Source of the DNA: Eledone cirrhosa
Lineage: Eukaryota
Direction: 5' to 3'
NCBI GenBank assembly: GCA_964016885.1
Contig: OZ024744.1
Span: 28,830,001 to 28,894,000 of the forward strand
Length of the DNA: 64,000 nucleotides
Below, one piece after another: positions 1 through 10,520 of the stretch. Each line of letters opens with the position of its first letter. The first letter of the stretch is position 1. The position numbers were made by a program, and so were the translations under genes. The notes under the pieces are model-generated. The model saw nothing but the letters and a program-made list of their open reading frames with translations. It was not told the origin of the DNA and did no database searches.

Positions 1-1178
1 ACATCCGCTCGGGTTCGAGCATCACGTACCCGTTTTGGTCAGACAAAGACCGAATTGTGGCTTTATTGCCACGTCGCGCCTCTGCCACCCGGGCCCATTG
101 GAGGGCTTTTGTCCCCTCGTGTTTCAGAGCACGCGCTCTAGCTCTGACAACGCAGCCTTCGCGTTTTGCGTTGAAGAATTGGTCGAGTGCCAATCTCGAC
201 GCAAGCACGTCGGTTGCGATGCCTGTCCTAAACGCTTCTTCTAGCTTTCTGACTAGCTCTCCCTCTACTCTATTTTCCTCTATCACTACTCCTTTGCTAA
301 ACTTAATCGACTCTACTTTAATTGCCCTTTTCAGGGCGAACCACCACCTGTTGTTGACGCCGCTCCTGTCAACGACCGCTTAACTAATACGCTAATCCGG
401 TCTCTGTAGGCCTTGCGCGCCGGGAAAGACGCGTTCAGCTTCCAGTAACCAGGCCCTTGTCTATGAAGTCTGTTTATGTCGATCTCACAGATCACAAATT
501 TGTGGTCTGTGTAGTCGACTATTTTAAATTGTGGACAACCTATACTAGCCTTATCTAGTTCCCTGCAGAATACCCTATCTAGATACGATCTGGATGACCC
601 GATGCGGTTTGTCCATGTCCACATTGGCACATTCGGGTGATCCAGTCAATACCTGTCAGACAGTTCAAAACGTCTGAGCAGGTTGGTGAGGCTCTTGCAC
701 CCTCCTCCCCTATCCACTAGCCCAACACGATCCCAGCGTGCATCCAAGATACCGTTCCAGTCGCCCACTAACACTAAAGAGCGGGACGTTCCAAGAAACG
801 TCTCTACACGTCTGAAGAAATCTAGCCGTCCTGTACCTGGCCGTCCTGTCCCTGTTGGGGCGTAGATGGCTACTAGCCTGAAAGCATTGTCTTGGCTGCC
901 GGTCACGTCCAGCACCACCGACTTACCTTCTGGGTCCAGGAAGATGGCCTGTATCGCGAGATCCAAACCTCTCCGAAAAAGGACGGCAACCCCTCTCCCC
1001 GATCCTGGACGGCTGGGAGATGCGTATACATCGTAGCCGCCGAAGATCGGTGCGAAGGCCCGTGCCTCGGAGATTCTGGTTTCACTGATGGCCACCACAG
1101 GTCATTAAGCAGGTGACCCTGCTTCCAAGATGACCCCAGGCCACGTGCATTTATACTGCCTATTCTGAGTACAGCCAT
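1..1178 (-). pseudogene. Frameshifted ORF2 N-terminus (APE endonuclease) of Tx1 copy A
   Basis: APE motifs are split across ORFs 903..1214, 646..1098 and 331..630 and align with the open ORF2 at 39317..42076. Confidence 0.85.
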
Positions 1179-1210
1179 GTTGGATGAGAAACGGGGCAAA
1201 TGAGAAAGGG

Positions 1211-3253
1211 TCACTTACCTTGTTCGTGTGGTGAAGGGACTTTAGAACCGTCCCTTTCGCTGGTCATGGGTCTTTCCAAGAGGATGTCAGTGTATATCCT
1301 CTTGGTAACCGTCCCTCTGAAGTCTCCAACTGCGTTGGGGAATTTTTGTTTTAAAGGTTTGTATTGTTCTATTGAGATTTCGATGATGCTTATGTTTGTC
1401 GGGAGAGTTCTTGGTGTTGGTGGGGTGTAGTAGTTTTTTTCCGTGATGTCTGTGTGCTGCTTTATATATTGTATGAGTTCTTTTTTTGCCATGTTCATGG
1501 CTGTGTACCTTTTTAGGGGAGGGGTGATTTTGTTGCCGTTTTCTTCTTGTTGCTGTTTGGTGTGTGTGTCTTGTTGTGTTTGCGTTGTTGGTGTTTGTGG
1601 TGGTGTTGCTACAAGTTTCCCTGCTGCCTTTACCCCTCTTTGTATGCCTTCGCTTTTGGAGGGTGAATCTAAGGTTTTTTTCTTTTTTGTTTTTTTGTGG
1701 CAGACTGTTTGCCACGTCACTCCCGCCTCAAACTCCATGTCGGATTCTGTGGCGTCTGGGAGGGGTATGTGCTCCACGGCTGTTGGTGGTGGTAGTGGAG
1801 CCTTCTTCGGCAATGTTGTTGATGGTGTAGCTATTTCAAATGTAGCTATTGGTGTTGCCGCTACTGATGATGCTGCTTTATTTATCCGTGGCCTTGGTAC
1901 GGGTGCTACGGACGTTGCCCTCCTACTCACCGTGGAAGGGGCTTCTTCGTTTGTTGCCTGTCCTGCTCTTGGTAGCAGCGGACCAGGTATTGGAAGGAGA
2001 GGGGCCCTCTTCGGTGTTTTCTGCGGGCAAAAGGCCCTGAGGTGACCCTTTGACCCACAGAGATAACATTTTGGCTGTCTTCCTTCTACACTTATAGGGA
2101 GTTGGACTCCTTCCTCGAAGTCTATGATATCGGGGATAGCCTCGATACATTCCTGGTCAGTTTGTATAAGCATTTGCATGCCTATACCTGACCAGTTCTC
2201 TCTCCCTATTTTTTCTACTTGCAGCATGGTCGCCCTGTTCTCAATTCCAGCAAGGACAGACGCGGCCACCCAAGGTATGGGCACGTCGGGTGGGACCTGG
2301 GTCACTTTGACCCTCACAATTTTCTGCCCGCAGTAGGAGGGCACCAAGACTAACTCCTCACTCTTTAGGGTTTCCAAAGCGTGAGACTTTTCTTCCTGGG
2401 GGGTGGCGAAAAGTACGTCTACTGTGGCGTACTTTCTGCCTCGGGTAATGTGGGTTTTGCGTGCCCAGACGCACCCCAAGGCCTTTTGGATTTGAGCCTC
2501 CGTGGCTCTCTCCACTCGATGTGAGATTTTGCTTACGGTGCGGTAAGTCACCGTTCGTAGCTGCTGGTCTTTGAAAAAATCGGGTGGAGGTTTCAGGGAG
2601 ACTCCATTGGCGCTTCTTGTCACCATGGCCCTTGCGACTGCCATCTCCTCCTCTGTGACTAACACTGTCTCGATATTTCGGGCGACACCTGCAAAAGAAG
2701 TGGTCCCTTTTTCAGCAGCACCACTATTGCTGCCGCTACTGGTCTTACTGGTGGTGCTGAGGTCGTTATTACAGGTATCGGTGTCATTGTTGTTCTTTTC
2801 GCTGGTACAATTGTTGGTGTTGTTTTCGTTGATACTGTTGCTGCTGTTACTGTTATTGTGGCTGTTGTTATTATTGTTGTTTTTGTTGATACTGTTCCTA
2901 CAATTATTGTTGTTGTGGCTGTTGTTATTGTCATTGTTATTGTCGTTCTCGACCTTACTGCTGTTATTTTTGTTATTGTCGTTTTCGACCTTACCGCTGT
3001 TATTTGTGTTATTGTCGTTCTCGACTTTACCGCTGTTATTTTTGGTGGTGTGGTTGTTGTTGGTGTTGTTTGTGTTAGAAATATTTGTTAATTTTAAATC
3101 TGTAACAATCTTTTTTTCCTTTGTAATATTTTCGTTTATATTTACCTCCGTTGGAACGCTGTCTTGTTGAGATGCTGATAAAGTCTCCCTCTCTCTGTGT
3201 TGTCTGACAGCGCTCTCTCTCTTTTTTGTGTTATCCATGTTGAAATTTTTCAA
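1211..3253 (-). CDS. ORF1p (gag-like RNA-binding protein) of Tx1-like LINE, open 680-aa frame; first ATG at about 3238
   Basis: Asn-rich N-terminus, zinc knuckle CYLCGSKGHLRAFC and Pro/Thr-rich C-terminal half. A paralogous decayed ORF1 lies at 12337-13886. Confidence 0.85.
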   Translation of the reverse strand: MKNFNMDNTKKRESAVRQHRERETLSASQQDSVPTEVNINENITKEKKIVTDLKLTNISNTNNTNNNHTTKNNSGKVENDNNTNNSGKVENDNNKNNSSKVENDNNNDNNNSHNNNNCRNSINKNNNNNNSHNNSNSSNSINENNTNNCTSEKNNNDTDTCNNDLSTTSKTSSGSNSGAAEKGTTSFAGVARNIETVLVTEEEMAVARAMVTRSANGVSLKPPPDFFKDQQLRTVTYRTVSKISHRVERATEAQIQKALGCVWARKTHITRGRKYATVDVLFATPQEEKSHALETLKSEELVLVPSYCGQKIVRVKVTQVPPDVPIPWVAASVLAGIENRATMLQVEKIGRENWSGIGMQMLIQTDQECIEAIPDIIDFEEGVQLPISVEGRQPKCYLCGSKGHLRAFCPQKTPKRAPLLPIPGPLLPRAGQATNEEAPSTVSRRATSVAPVPRPRINKAASSVAATPIATFEIATPSTTLPKKAPLPPPTAVEHIPLPDATESDMEFEAGVTWQTVCHKKTKKKKTLDSPSKSEGIQRGVKAAGKLVATPPQTPTTQTQQDTHTKQQQEENGNKITPPLKRYTAMNMAKKELIQYIKQHTDITEKNYYTPPTPRTLPTNISIIEISIEQYKPLKQKFPNAVGDFRGTVTKRIYTDILLERPMTSERDGSKVPSPHEQGK

Positions 3254-3489
3254 AAAATATTTTTACACAAATACGAATACGAATACGACACCCCGTAAAG
3301 GGGTGCCGTATTATTTACTAGTGTACCCCTGTATTAGGTGGGTCACTTCTTCTAAACTTTTATCAAATTTAAAACTTGAATAAAAGGTTTACAACGGTTG
3401 AAAAAGAGGTAAAACGTTGAAAAAGACTGGAGGCGATAAGAAGCGTGGCTTCACCAACCAATAATAATAATAATAATAATAATAATAAT

Positions 3490-4369
3490 TTCTTTATTAA
3501 CCACAAGGGTTTACACAATGGTTTACACAAGAGTTTACATAAAGTAAGACATTAAGGACAGTACAGGACAATACAGGACAATACAAGACGGTAAAAATGG
3601 GAATTTCTGCGTGTAAAAATAATAAAAAAAATAAAAACAGAGGATGTAACAAAAAAGAAAAAATGAAAAATTCCCCAATAGGAGAGAGATTTCCGAGGGC
3701 CATCGTGGAGAAAGCCCATTACAAAAAGCCACGGTGACCCTGACCAACAGGCCAAGTGCCCTCTCCCAGTTTGCTACCTTCAATTTACAGACACATACAC
3801 AGAGTAGGCCCATTCACTCGGGCCATTCTTACCTCTCTCACCCATCTTTCAACAAAATGCTGGGAGAGAACACTTCCCTCTCTACGCTGATTTTCATTTT
3901 CAAAGGAATTATGAAAGGGTTAATCAGGGCATCACCGAAGAGGTAAGTGCTCGTCTTCAGCCCTTTCAGACGCGTCCACCATACTATCTCTTTCGCCATG
4001 GCCACCAGGCAGATAAAAACTGCCTGTCCTTTACGGCTAAAGGAAGAGGGCGGGGCAATCCTCACGATGGACCCAGCTGATAGCTGGATCAGTCCTACAC
4101 GTGACAGCAGGTGTTCGACATAAACCCACAAGTCAGCAATGCTCTGACACTGGACGAGTGCGTGCAGGACGGTTTCGTCGTCCTGCGCGCATCTCGGACA
4201 TGCCCGGCTGACGGCACCTCCATGCCTGTAGAGTTTATCCCGAACTGGCAAAGCTCCTCGGTAGCACTGCCAGACCAGGGGTTTCTGGAATTTATCCATA
4301 GGCCCCGGCCCGAAAGTTCTTCCGAAAAGATTGGCTAGTTGATTTTCGTCGACGCCTAGAGTTTCCCCA

Positions 4370-4370
<1 letters not shown>
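3490..4370 (-). mobile_element. 5'-truncated Tx1-like LINE copy B (ORF2 C-terminal CCHC region plus 3' UTR)
   Basis: ORF 3838..4422 contains CPRCAQDDETVLHALVQC. The 3' end reads TGTGGTTAATAAAGAAAT into (TTA)n, and (AAT)n flanks both sides. Confidence 0.85.
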
Positions 4371-4400
<30 letters not shown>

Positions 4401-4404
<4 letters not shown>

Positions 4405-4676
4405 TTTCTTTATTGGCCACAAGGGCTGACATCAAGAAAAACATCACAGACGGACCAGGACGGTACGATGTGGGTTTTGTGCGTGAAAAGATTTTTATTA
4501 TTTATATAAGAAAAGAAAAAAGACATAAAACATATATATATAAAAACAATAAAATGAAAATTGAAACAATGAAAAATTCCCCAATAGGAGGGAAACCTCC
4601 GAGGGTTGCTCGTGGCGAAAACCACACAAAAGACCACGGCCACCCTGACTACCAGGGAAAGCGCCCTCTCTCAATT
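4401..4676 (-). mobile_element. Solo 3' UTR fragment of Tx1-like LINE (copy C)
   Basis: Diverged direct repeat of 7028-7320 with the same terminus TGTGGCCAATAAAGAAAT. Confidence 0.75.
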
Positions 4677-4696
4677 TTAATAATAATAAACATAAT

Positions 4697-7030
4697 GACC
4701 AGGCAGTGTGGATTGAGACAGTACAAAAGGAGATTAGTGAACAGACACACCACCAAACTGATTTGAGTATCACAGTTGAAACTCTTAAGGGGCAGGCCAA
4801 AAAACTAACCAACTGGAAATCACCATGCCCAGATGGTGTGCAGGGGTATTGGATTAAAAATATAACATCCCTCCACCCGAAACTGACAACCATGTTCAAT
4901 GACTGCTTGATGCCAGAGTCGTTGACAAAAGGTACCACGGTTCTGGTAATGAAAGACCGAATCAAGGGTAATGATGTTACCAACTATAAACCTATCACAT
5001 GTCTGTCCGTAATGTGGAAACTGTTGACAAGCATTATGTCTGAGGAAATCTACCATCACCTCCACACAAACAACTTGTTACCGGACGAACAGAAAGGATG
5101 CCGAAAGAAGTCCCGTGATACAAAGGACCAGTTACTTATTGATAAGATGGTAATGGGGAATTGTAGGAGGAGACACACTGATCTTGCCATGGGATGGATA
5201 GACTACAAAAAGGCATTTGACATGGTGCCTCATTCTTGGATAACCAAAAGCCTAAAGATCTTCAAGGTGGCAGATAACATCAGACAGTTGTTGGGCAAAA
5301 GTATAAAGTCCTGGAAAACAGAGTTAACATCAGCTAGAGAATCCTTGGGAGGCGTGAAGATCAAGAGAGGTATCTTCCAGGGAGATAGTCTGTCCCCTCT
5401 GTTGTTTGTCCTTGCCCTGATGCTCCTGACCATTATACTGCGAAAAGTGAGAGCAGGATACAAGTTGGGAAAGGGAGAGCTTACCATCAATCACCTCCTC
5501 TTCATGGACGATCTTAAGGTCTTCGGGAAGAGTGAGAAGGAGTTGGATGTGCTTGTTGACACTGTCCGTATTTTCAGCAAAGATATATGTATGCAATTTG
5601 GTATTAGTAAGTGTGGAGTCCTAGTGATGAAGAGGGGTAAATTGAGTAGAAGCAACGAAATCCAGGTACCAACAGGTGAGATGATAAAGGAAATTGACAC
5701 TGAAGAAGGATACAAGTATTTGGGTGTTCTGGAGGCTGATGACATCAAGAACAAAGAAATGAAGGAATTGATAAAATCTGAATACATTCGGAGAGTAAGG
5801 AGCGTATTAAAGTCACATCTGAACAGTAGGAATGCCATAAGTGCAGTAAATTCCCGAGCTGTCTATTATTAGGTACAGTGCGGGAATTCTGAGATGGAAT
5901 GTTGCTGAACAAAAAGAAATGGATAGGAAGACTAGGAAACTATTGACTATTTACAACATGTTCCACAAAAGGAGTGATGTCGATAGACTCTACTTAAGGA
6001 GATCTGAAGGTGGAAGAGGTCTTATCAGCATTTAGGACTGTGTTCAGATGGAGAAAAACAACCTACACAAATACGTGACTGATAGTAAGGAGCCAATGCT
6101 CAAAACTGTACTGAAGGAGGGGACAATAGGCCAGGGGATGTCCAAGGAGGAAATAACATCAAGGAGAAAGAGCAGCCTTCAGGAAAAATCCCTTCATAGT
6201 ACCTTCTTTGAGAAAACTGAATTCAGAGATCCACAGACATGGAACTGGTTGAAAAGAGGAGACCTTAAAAAGGCTACAGAAGGAATGTTAATGGCTGCGC
6301 AAGAGCAGGCCCTCAAAACGAAGTGGTTGAAACACCATATTTACAAGGAGGAGGCTAGCCCACTGTGCAGGATCTGTGGAGAGAGAGAGGAGACTGTGGC
6401 TCACATTGTATCCGAGTGTAAACACCTAGCCCAGACTCACTATAAGGGCTGGAGACATGATGTGATAGGCAGGGTGATCCACTGGCACCTATGCAAAGTA
6501 AACAATTTACCACATTCTGAGAAGTGGTATGAGCATAAGCCAGAGTCGGTGATAGAAAACGATCAGGTGAAGGTGCTGTGGGATTTTAGGATACAGACGG
6601 ACAAGAAACTGGAACACAATAGACCTGACCTGGTGGATTTGGACAAAGAAAAAAGATCGTGCCTGATTGTGGATGTGGCCTGCCCATTCGACACGAGAGT
6701 GCAAGAGAAGGAGAGGGAGAAAATTAACCGATACCAGGACTTAAAGTGGGAGGTAAAAAGGATTTGGAACTGCCATGAAGTCAAAGTGGTTCCGATTGTC
6801 ATAGACGCACTAGGTACTATCTCAAAAAGTTTCCAGGGATGGTTAAAGAAGATTGGCCCCGCCACGCTTTTTGGAACGCTTCAAAAGGCATGCTTGCTGG
6901 GAACAGTAAGAACCATCCGATACGTCCTGAATATCTGAGGCTGCAGGTAGTGGCTTGATATTCATTTCAACAAACTTTCCAGTTAACTAACATCAATGAC
7001 TGAGACTCAAAGAACAATAATAATAATAAT
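4697..7030 (+). mobile_element. 5'-truncated R4/Dong-like (RLE-type) non-LTR retrotransposon with one frameshift near 5865 and a (TAA)n tail
   Basis: RT motifs NYKPITCL, WIDYKKAFDMVPH, IFQGDSLSPLLF, LFMDDLK and YKYLG. C-terminal CRIC..ETVAHIVSEC knuckle, RHD motif and RPDL..LIVDVACPFD PD-(D/E)xK nuclease. TAA repeats on both flanks. Confidence 0.88.
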
Positions 7031-10000
7031 GATTGCTTCATTGGCCACAAGGGCTGACATCAAGAAAAACATTACAGACGCACAGGACGGTACAGGACGA
7101 TACGATGTGGGTTGTGTGCGTGTAAAGATTTTTATTATTTATATAAGAAAAGAAAAAAAAAGGACATATAAACATATATATATATAAACAATAACAAAGA
7201 AAATTGAAACAATGAAAAATTCCCCGTTATGGGAGAAACCTCCGAGAGTTACTCGTGGCGAAAACCACACAAAATACCACGGCCACCCTGACCACCAGGA
7301 CAAGCGTCCTCTCTCAATTTTTCCATTTCTCAAACTACAGGCGTATATTCAGAGCGTTCCCGTTCACTCCGACCATTCTCGCTACATTCACGCACTTTCA
7401 ACAAACTTGTTAGATGATAGCACTTGCCTCTCCTCCCTGATTTTCCTCTTCAAGTGAAACTTGAAAAAGTTAATTAGGGATTCGCCGAAGAGGAAAGTGT
7501 CTGTCTTTAACCCTTTCAGCCTTGTCCACCACACAATCTTTTTCATATGGCCACCAAGCAGATGAAAACCGCCTGCCTTCCTCTCAAAGGCAGACGGCGA
7601 GACCATCTGCACAATGGACTCAGTCGATAACCGGATTAGTCCTACACGCGACAGCAACTGTTCGACAGAGTTCCACAAGTCAGCAATGCTTGGGCACTGA
7701 ACGTGTGCGTGCACAACGATTTCGTCGCTCTGCGCGCATCTGGGACAGGCTCGGCTGACGCACTTCCGTGCCTGTAGAGCTTATCTCGAACCGGCAACGC
7801 TCCCCGGTAACACTGCCAGGCCAGGGATTTTTGGAAGTTATCCATAGGCCCTGGGCTGATAGTTCTCCGGAAGAGAACAAACAGCTGATCTTCGTCGACG
7901 CCCAGGATCTCTCCGAGAACGTCGTCGCTCTTCCCCTCCACTAGTCCTCTATAGAACGCCGAGGTGGATGTTCCACCGATACTGGTGCCCAGCTGGCAGA
8001 GGGCGGTGGGCGCCTGGAGGTATTCCAGTTTCCAAGCGCTATCCTCGGTCTTTTTCTGACCCAGGACTGAAGCTCCGTCAAGGAGACCAGCTGTGGGAAA
8101 ACGTGCTTGGCGAAAGGTGACCACACCTGTTTCCCGTCAAGGAAGCACCAGAGTTTTCGCAGCCTCAGCGCATGTTTGCAGATCATCAGCCATGGCATGC
8201 CCAGTCCTCCACGCAACAGGTGTTGACAGCAGATGGATCGTCTGACCATGGGAGCACGTCCCTTCCACAAAAAGCGGAAGAGAAGGCGTTCCATCTTGGT
8301 GAGAGTTGGGCCGGGGCAAGGGACGACGGTGAGGCGGTAGCAGATATACGCATTCACCACCTCCGCCCGGCCTCTCAGGGACAGCTTCATCTCGGCCCAT
8401 TTCTGGGTGAGGGAGGCCACAATACTCCAGTTTTTCTCCATTTGGAGGTCCGGTCCGAACCAGACCACGAACAATTTAACCGGTCCGTCCGTCCAACGCC
8501 CCACGACGCTATCGGACGGCATCGACATGCCTCTCCAGGTGCCGAGCTGCAAGCTCACCGACTTTTCCTGGTTTATCTTTGCTCCTGTCACCGCTTCGTA
8601 TTCCTTGAGAGCGGTGCCGAGCATCTGGGCGTGCCAGGTGCTGTACACCACCCTGGTGATGTCGTCGGCGTAGGCCGACTCGGATTTCCTGCATTCTAGT
8701 TCGCGTGGGACGCTCCTCATCGCCCCTAGTTTGTGCAGTAACGGCTCGAGAGCTAATACGTACAAGAGGGACGAGAGGGGACAACCCTGGCGGACCGAGC
8801 GCATGATGCTGAATGGCTGCGACAGGTGACTGTTCACCCTCACAACTGAGCAGATGTCGCTGTACATCGCAGCCATCCTACCCCTGAAAATGGGCCCGAA
8901 ACCGCTTGCCTCGAGGACCGCCTCCAGGTACCGATGGTCGACCCTATCGAATGCTTTGGATTGATCCAAGCTAATCACGGACCCACCCGTACCAGGTTCC
9001 TTAACCACACTCTCTATGATGGAGGTTGTTGTGTATGGATCTGTCCGGAATGGCGCATGTCTGCGACTCTCCCACCAGACCCTTGACGACAAGCGCCAAC
9101 CTCGTTGCTAACACCTTGGCCAAAATCTTGAACTCTGCGTTTAGCAAGGTTATGGGCCTGAAGTTATCGATAACATCCTCCTTGTTCGGGTCTTTTCTCA
9201 GCAGCACCACCGCTCCCCGGCTCACAAAACTGGGAATGCTCCCGTTATGCTGCCAGTTGCAGTAGACGTCTGCCAAGAGGTCACCGAACAAGTCTGGCAT
9301 AAATGCATAAAGCTCGTAGGGAAGACCATCCAAACATGGCGATTTACCCCTCGTGCAGTTAGCCATCGCACTGCGGTCGTTGAGAGCCGAGGCAGTCCGT
9401 CGAGATATGCAATGAAGTCCATACCCCGATCCGGCCCGCCGCTGCTCCCGAACAGTTCAGCAAAGTGCTGCTGAAAAGCTTCACACATCTGCTCTGGTTC
9501 GAGCAACACGCGCCCTTTTTGGTCAGATAAAGACCGAATTTGGCTTTGTTGCCACGTCGCGCCTCTGCCACTCGGGCCAATTGGACGGCTTTTGTCCCCT
9601 CGTGTTTCAGAGCACGCGCTCTAGCTCTGACAACGCAGCCTTCGTGTTTTGCGTTGAAGGATTGGTCAAGTGCCAATCTCGCCGCAAGAACGTCGGTTGC
9701 GATGCTTTTCCTAAACGCCTCTTCTAGCTTTTTGACTAGCTCTCCCTCTACTCTATTTTCCTCTATTACTAGTCTTTTGCTAAACCTAATCGACTCTACT
9801 TTTCTTGCCCTTTTCAGGGCGAACCACCACCTGTTGTTAACGACCGCTCCCGTCAACGCCCGTTTAACTAATACGTTAATCCGGTCTCTGTAGGCTTTGC
9901 GCGCCGGGAAAGACGCGTTCAGCTTCAAGTAACCGGGTCCTTTTCTATGAAGTCTCTCTATGTCGATCTCACAGATCACAAATTTGTGTATGTTGTATAG

Positions 10001-10520
10001 TCGACTATTTTAAATTGTGGACAGCTTATACTAGCCTTATCTTGTTCTCTGCATAATACCCTATCGGGATACGATCTGGATGACCCGACGCGGTTTGTCC
10101 ATGTCCACATTGGCACATTCTGGTGATCGAGTCGATACCTGTCAGACAGTTTAAAACGTCTGAGCAGGTTGGTGAGGCTCTTGCACTCTCCTCCCCTAGC
10201 CACACACAATCCCAGCGTGCATCCAAGATACCGTTCCAGTTGTCTACTAACATTAAAGTGCGGGACGTTCCAAGAAAGGTCTCAAGAAATCTGGCCGTCC
10301 TATCCCTGTCCGGGCATAGACGGCTACTAGCCTGAAAGCGCTGCCTTCGGTGCCGCTTACTTCCAGCACCACCGACTTACATTCTGGGTCCAGGAAGATG
10401 GTCCGTATGGCGAGACCCAAGCCTTTCCGAAACAACACAGCCACTCCGCTCCCGGACGGCTCGGAGATGCGTACACCGACGACAATCGGTGCGAAAGCTT
10501 GCGTTTCGGAGATTCTCGCT
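7030..10520 (-). mobile_element. Degenerate Tx1-like LINE copy D (ORF2 EN-RT-CCHC plus 3' UTR)
   Basis: Fragmented ORFs carrying LDQSKAFDRVDH, VRQGCPLSSLLY, AYADDI and NFRPITLLN, plus the family 3' UTR. Confidence 0.88.

Larger units (their letters stand above)
1..3461 (-). mobile_element. L1/Tx1-clade non-LTR retrotransposon copy A (5' UTR, ORF1, start of ORF2); continues off the left edge of the window
   Basis: ORF1 with a CCHC knuckle is followed by an APE-type ORF2 start (MAVLRIGSINARGL...VAISETR...LVLVGDWNGILD...TDHKFV...GPGYWKLN). The 5' end abuts an (AAT)n tract at 3461-3489. Confidence 0.9.

Noticed and set aside
4401-7320. 280-bp target-site duplication or LTRs around the R4-like element
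   Set aside because: The two repeats are diverged Tx1 3' UTRs in the opposite orientation to the insert, with several indels.
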